From Bacteroidetes bacterium HGW-Bacteroidetes-21 (GTDB lineage: Bacteria; Bacteroidota; Bacteroidia; Bacteroidales; GWA2-32-17), in NCBI GenBank assembly GCA_002840935.1, contig PHDH01000002.1, forward strand, positions 1 to 52,615: a DNA stretch of 52,615 nt. Direction: 5' to 3'. This document shows positions 49,248 through 52,615 of the stretch, in pieces; position 1 is the stretch's first letter, and each line of letters begins with the position of its first letter. Under the pieces are notes generated by a model that did not search any database, had not been told where the DNA came from, and saw only the letters and a list, made by a program, of their open reading frames with translations. The translations under genes were made by a program, and so were the position numbers.

Positions 49248-50579
49248 CTAATTTATTTTTCTTACAACGAGTTTCTGAATTCTTGTTGTTGAACCATCGG
49301 TCATTTTTATTAGATAAAAGCCATTTTGAATGGATGAAATGTTAACATTATTTTTTGTGCTATTCATATGTTGAATTAAAGTGCCATCAATGCTGTAAAT
49401 TTCTATTGTAGAAGGAATAAAGTCAGTATTGAAATATAAATAATCAGTGGCAGGGTTGGGGTAGAAATTGGGTTTGTTTGATATATCATCGTTGTTGATC
49501 ATTTCAGTTAGAAAGTCAAAGCCAATTTCAAATGGAATCCCGTAAATTTCATAAGCATCATTGCCAGAAAATGCTTCGTTAGTGAAGTTTACACTGACGT
49601 TAGGCAAATCGTAATTATGGGCAATGGCTGCACCAAGTATACGAACACTGATTAAGGTGTCATTTATGAGTATTAGTTCGGGAGTAATACCTTGATGAAG
49701 AGTTGAAAAGGTCACTTTTTCCGTTTGATAAAAGTCCTCTCCTATTGTACCCGAAAAGGTTTCGCCGCCATACCTGTTCAATTTGATATATTTGGCAACT
49801 GAATTATCAATGGTGCCGTCATTCGTGCTGTTTTCATAAAACCAGTAGAAATTCTTCGAAACATTGGGTTGCTTAAAATTAATGCTAATATTTTGAAAAG
49901 AATTGTTTTGAACAAGTAGGGAGTCGCCTATTGTGGTTGCATTATTGTGAAGACAGATACCAATATTATAAACTGAATTAATGACTTTGTGAAAAAGGGC
50001 ATTCCCCGCAAAACTTACTTCCAGCAGACTGTCATTGATTTTTACAACTTGCATTGTAAGACCTTCTGGAACATTAGAGCCTGTGGCTTTACCCTGTGAA
50101 ATATAGTCATCATTTTCATTGCCTGTAAAACTTTGTCCATTGATACTTCTCATGATGATTTTCACCGAATAATCTAAAGAAATACTTCCTGAGTTGGAAT
50201 TATCTTCCTGATAGCTATAATTCTGCCATAATAGATTTGGGTAATCAGACCAAACCTGTGGGGCAGGGAAAATACTGCCGGAATAGCAAGTGACTTGCCA
50301 GTTGTCTATTGGGGGAAGTTCTATCCAATCGTAGTTTTTGTAAATCATTGTATCGACATTCATGATGACCCATTTAGGCATACATCCAATTTCATTCGTA
50401 AAATGGAGAGAATAATTGCCAAAAGTCCAGTTGGGATAACCATTTATCTCGCCAGAATACACATATGTTCCATTTGCATCGGCATGTCCTGCGCCAATTA
50501 CATGATAATTTTGTGAGGATAAATGTATCGTGATAGATATTAATATAAGAAGAAGAAAAGTTCTCATATACTTTGTCAT
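49248..50579 (-). CDS. T9SS type A sorting domain-containing secreted protein with two internal repeat domains
   Basis: Signal peptide; C-terminal FYPNPATD...IYSIDG...GFYLIK...QKLVV. A TATTTTTG box at 50589-50596 (minus) favours a start at 50579 or 50567. Confidence 0.85.
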   Translation of the reverse strand: MTKYMRTFLLLILISITIHLSSQNYHVIGAGHADANGTYVYSGEINGYPNWTFGNYSLHFTNEIGCMPKWVIMNVDTMIYKNYDWIELPPIDNWQVTCYSGSIFPAPQVWSDYPNLLWQNYSYQEDNSNSGSISLDYSVKIIMRSINGQSFTGNENDDYISQGKATGSNVPEGLTMQVVKINDSLLEVSFAGNALFHKVINSVYNIGICLHNNATTIGDSLLVQNNSFQNISINFKQPNVSKNFYWFYENSTNDGTIDNSVAKYIKLNRYGGETFSGTIGEDFYQTEKVTFSTLHQGITPELILINDTLISVRILGAAIAHNYDLPNVSVNFTNEAFSGNDAYEIYGIPFEIGFDFLTEMINNDDISNKPNFYPNPATDYLYFNTDFIPSTIEIYSIDGTLIQHMNSTKNNVNISSIQNGFYLIKMTDGSTTRIQKLVVRKIN

Positions 50580-50713
50580 AATATTAATCAAAAATAAGTA
50601 AAATTCATGAAATTAAAAACCTTATTGTGGGAATGTGAAAAAGATCAATTACAATTATGGGAAAACAAGAGTAATATTATTACATATTCGTATTTCATTA
50701 CTATTTTTGCTCC

Positions 50714-51454
50714 ATGAAAATTTATATTGGCATTGATGATACCGATAATCTGGAGTCGAGGGGAACCGGTTACAGATCGAGACAATTAGCTGCAGAACTT
50801 AATGTATCTGGGTTTGGAAAAGTCGTAGGAATTACCCGGCATCAGCTGTTTTTTAATTCGGCGATACCTTATACATCACACAACAGTTCGGCTTGTCTTG
50901 AAGTGATAGCCGGAGTGAGAGAAAAGCTTATTGAAATCTCACGACAACATATGATTACGTTTGGAGAGCCCGGTTCTGATGTGGGTTTGTGTGTAGCAGA
51001 TGAAACTCAGGTAAACGAAACCGTGATGAAGTGGGGACAAAGGGCAAAAGTTGAAGTGCTGACCATGGAAGAAGCTTATCAATTGGCAAAGTCAACCGGC
51101 ATTTATCTCGAAGGTTTAACGGGCTTGCATACCGGAATTATTGGCTCAATGGCAGGAGTAGGCCTTCGTGTCACGGGTACGGATGGCCGTCTTATTTGGT
51201 TGCCTGGAAAGGATTTCAGAGAAATCAAGGGAGTGTTATCTAAAAAGGAATTGCTGGATCAGTCGCTGGCAAAAAACATACTAAATCTAGCCAACATGAA
51301 ACCCGTTGATGATTTTGCATTGATCGATACAGGAGAATGGATGCGCCCCGTAATGCATGAAAATCAGGCGGTAATCCTTGTAGAATCAGAGAATGTTGAA
51401 AAAAACACATGGAAAGTGCCTGAAAAAGCAAAAATAAAGATGCTATCCGATTAA
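50714..51454 (+). CDS. Stand-alone homolog of the TiaS (agmatidine synthetase) N-terminal region
   Basis: IYIGIDDTD...GTG, RHQL...IPYTSHNSSACL, GSDVGLCV and GIIGSMAGVG. Only 246 aa, with no OB-fold or Zn-ribbon. Confidence 0.75.
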   Translation: MKIYIGIDDTDNLESRGTGYRSRQLAAELNVSGFGKVVGITRHQLFFNSAIPYTSHNSSACLEVIAGVREKLIEISRQHMITFGEPGSDVGLCVADETQVNETVMKWGQRAKVEVLTMEEAYQLAKSTGIYLEGLTGLHTGIIGSMAGVGLRVTGTDGRLIWLPGKDFREIKGVLSKKELLDQSLAKNILNLANMKPVDDFALIDTGEWMRPVMHENQAVILVESENVEKNTWKVPEKAKIKMLSD

Positions 51455-51494
51455 AAAATTATAATTTTGCGACTTGAATTAATTTTCATATCAC

Positions 51495-51872
51495 ATGGCC
51501 GGACCTAAAGGATCAAAATATTATAATATTTTTCTGAGATACAAAATATCCTTGTCGTCGGTAGATGATAATAGTATTATTGATGTCGAGTTATTTAATG
51601 TTCTCAACGAAATTAAAAACGAGGGATCTATTGTCAGTGCAGCAGGAAAGGCCGGCATTAGTTTTCGTAAAGCTTGGAATAAAATTAAGAAAGCCGAAAG
51701 GATGTTGGGTTTTAATATTGTCGAGAGAACAAGAGGTGGAGTATCTGGAGGGCATAGTGAACTATCAGAAGAAGGCCTAAAGTTGCTGGCGGCATACGAC
51801 GAACTGGTAGTAGAGTTCGACAAATCAATCTATAGTGTAACAAAAAAGTTTTTCAGAACCATAAACGCATAA
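51495..51872 (+). CDS. ModE N-terminal-like winged-helix transcriptional regulator (no molybdate-binding TOBE domains)
   Basis: I..EGSIVSAA...GISFRKAW..I...E..LGF.IVER.RGG..GG.S.LS.EG..LL..Y pattern. TAATTTTG box at 51462-51469. Confidence 0.85.
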   Translation: MAGPKGSKYYNIFLRYKISLSSVDDNSIIDVELFNVLNEIKNEGSIVSAAGKAGISFRKAWNKIKKAERMLGFNIVERTRGGVSGGHSELSEEGLKLLAAYDELVVEFDKSIYSVTKKFFRTINA

Positions 51873-51877
51873 ATTTC

Positions 51878-52414
51878 ATGACGACAAATAGTATTTTCGC
51901 TACCAAATCAATCAGCAAAACAATTACAGAAGTTTTGTTGCTTTTTGTCATTGGCTTTTTTGCCGCCTTCTTACATGCAAAACTTCGCATTCCTTTAAAA
52001 ATGCCCGGACATCACGGCCTGGAGTTTATGCTAATTATCATGTCAGGAAGAACCTTGTCTAAACTCGGTGCGGCTTCTACATTATCTTCGCTTGGTGCAT
52101 CAGCATTTTTTCTCATGCCTTTTGCCGGCATAAAAGATCCTATCATGCCCATCGCTATCCTTTTACCGGGAATCATGATCGATTTGTTTTATTATGTCAC
52201 ACCCAAAATAAAGACTTCTGTAGTTTTTATAGGACTACTTGCAGGTATCGCTTATGCCATGATTCCCATGGTACGCTTCATCTTCAGCTTAACAACGGGC
52301 TATGTTTATACTAATATGGCTGGAGGTTTGGCTTATCCGCTTATCTCTCATTTTATATGGGGTACAGCTGGAGGAATGCTGGCATACGGAATTATCAAAG
52401 TCGTTAAAAAGTAA
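51878..52414 (+). CDS. Integral membrane protein, ECF transporter S-component-like
   Basis: 178 aa with about 5-6 TM helices; PLKMPGHHGL, G..IDL and H..WG..GG patterns. Confidence 0.6.
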   Translation: MTTNSIFATKSISKTITEVLLLFVIGFFAAFLHAKLRIPLKMPGHHGLEFMLIIMSGRTLSKLGAASTLSSLGASAFFLMPFAGIKDPIMPIAILLPGIMIDLFYYVTPKIKTSVVFIGLLAGIAYAMIPMVRFIFSLTTGYVYTNMAGGLAYPLISHFIWGTAGGMLAYGIIKVVKK

Positions 52415-52457
52415 ATTGTAACCAGAACGCTCTTTTAAAATGAATTAGAATTACGAT

Positions 52458-52615
52458 ATGAAAAAATTTGCAAGTCGAACTTTAATATGGCTCTTGCTTG
52501 TGCTATTGATTTTTCCTTTCCAAGCTTGTAAGAAAGATGAGCCATCGGATGTCAGTCCAGGGATTAGTTTTGATCTGCAATATGTAAATGCAGATACTTC
52601 TTTGCCAGCTGGTAC
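52458..52615 (+). CDS. Lipoprotein, 5' partial (runs off window)
   Basis: Manual translation MKKFASRTLIWLLLVLLIFPFQA-CKKDEPSDVSPGISFDLQYVNADTSLPAG; open to the end of the window. Confidence 0.7.
   Translation, partial: MKKFASRTLIWLLLVLLIFPFQACKKDEPSDVSPGISFDLQYVNADTSLPAG

Noticed and set aside
50714-51454. Functional TiaS tRNA(Ile2) agmatidine synthetase
   Set aside because: Too short and lacks the OB-fold and Zn-ribbon regions, so the gene symbol was withheld.
541-51823. Numerous 60-165 aa ORFs nested in or antisense to long genes
   Set aside because: Shadow frames of well-supported CDSs with no motifs of their own.

Overview
52.6 kb of gene-dense chromosome from a probable Bacteroidota genome. 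The assignment rests on recurrent TAnnTTTG -7 promoter boxes, T9SS C-terminal sorting domains, a PorE-like protein, type III glutamine synthetase and mutAB. Housekeeping genes (mutA/mutB, glnA type III, arfB, aroC, aroA, a CoA pyrophosphatase) are mixed with many exported or envelope proteins. Main points of interest: (1) a complete gatE-gatD pair, the Glu-tRNA(Gln) amidotransferase classically regarded as archaeal, in a bacterial operon; (2) three signal-peptide-bearing caspase-superfamily proteases (two WD40-caspases, one TPR-CHAT) sharing a [DE]-V-x-F-R-[GN] loop motif, near a small exported protein with an STRG loop and a propeller-YYY-PP2C sensor, which suggests an extracytoplasmic proteolytic signalling system; (3) a stand-alone TiaS-N-like gene with a ModE-like regulator and an ECF-S-like membrane protein; (4) a class D beta-lactamase overlapping aroC; (5) a 132-bp tandem hairpin repeat; (6) a probable IS end truncating a gene at the left edge. 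No rRNA, tRNA or CRISPR array was recognised. All calls come from motif recognition by eye; no searches were run.
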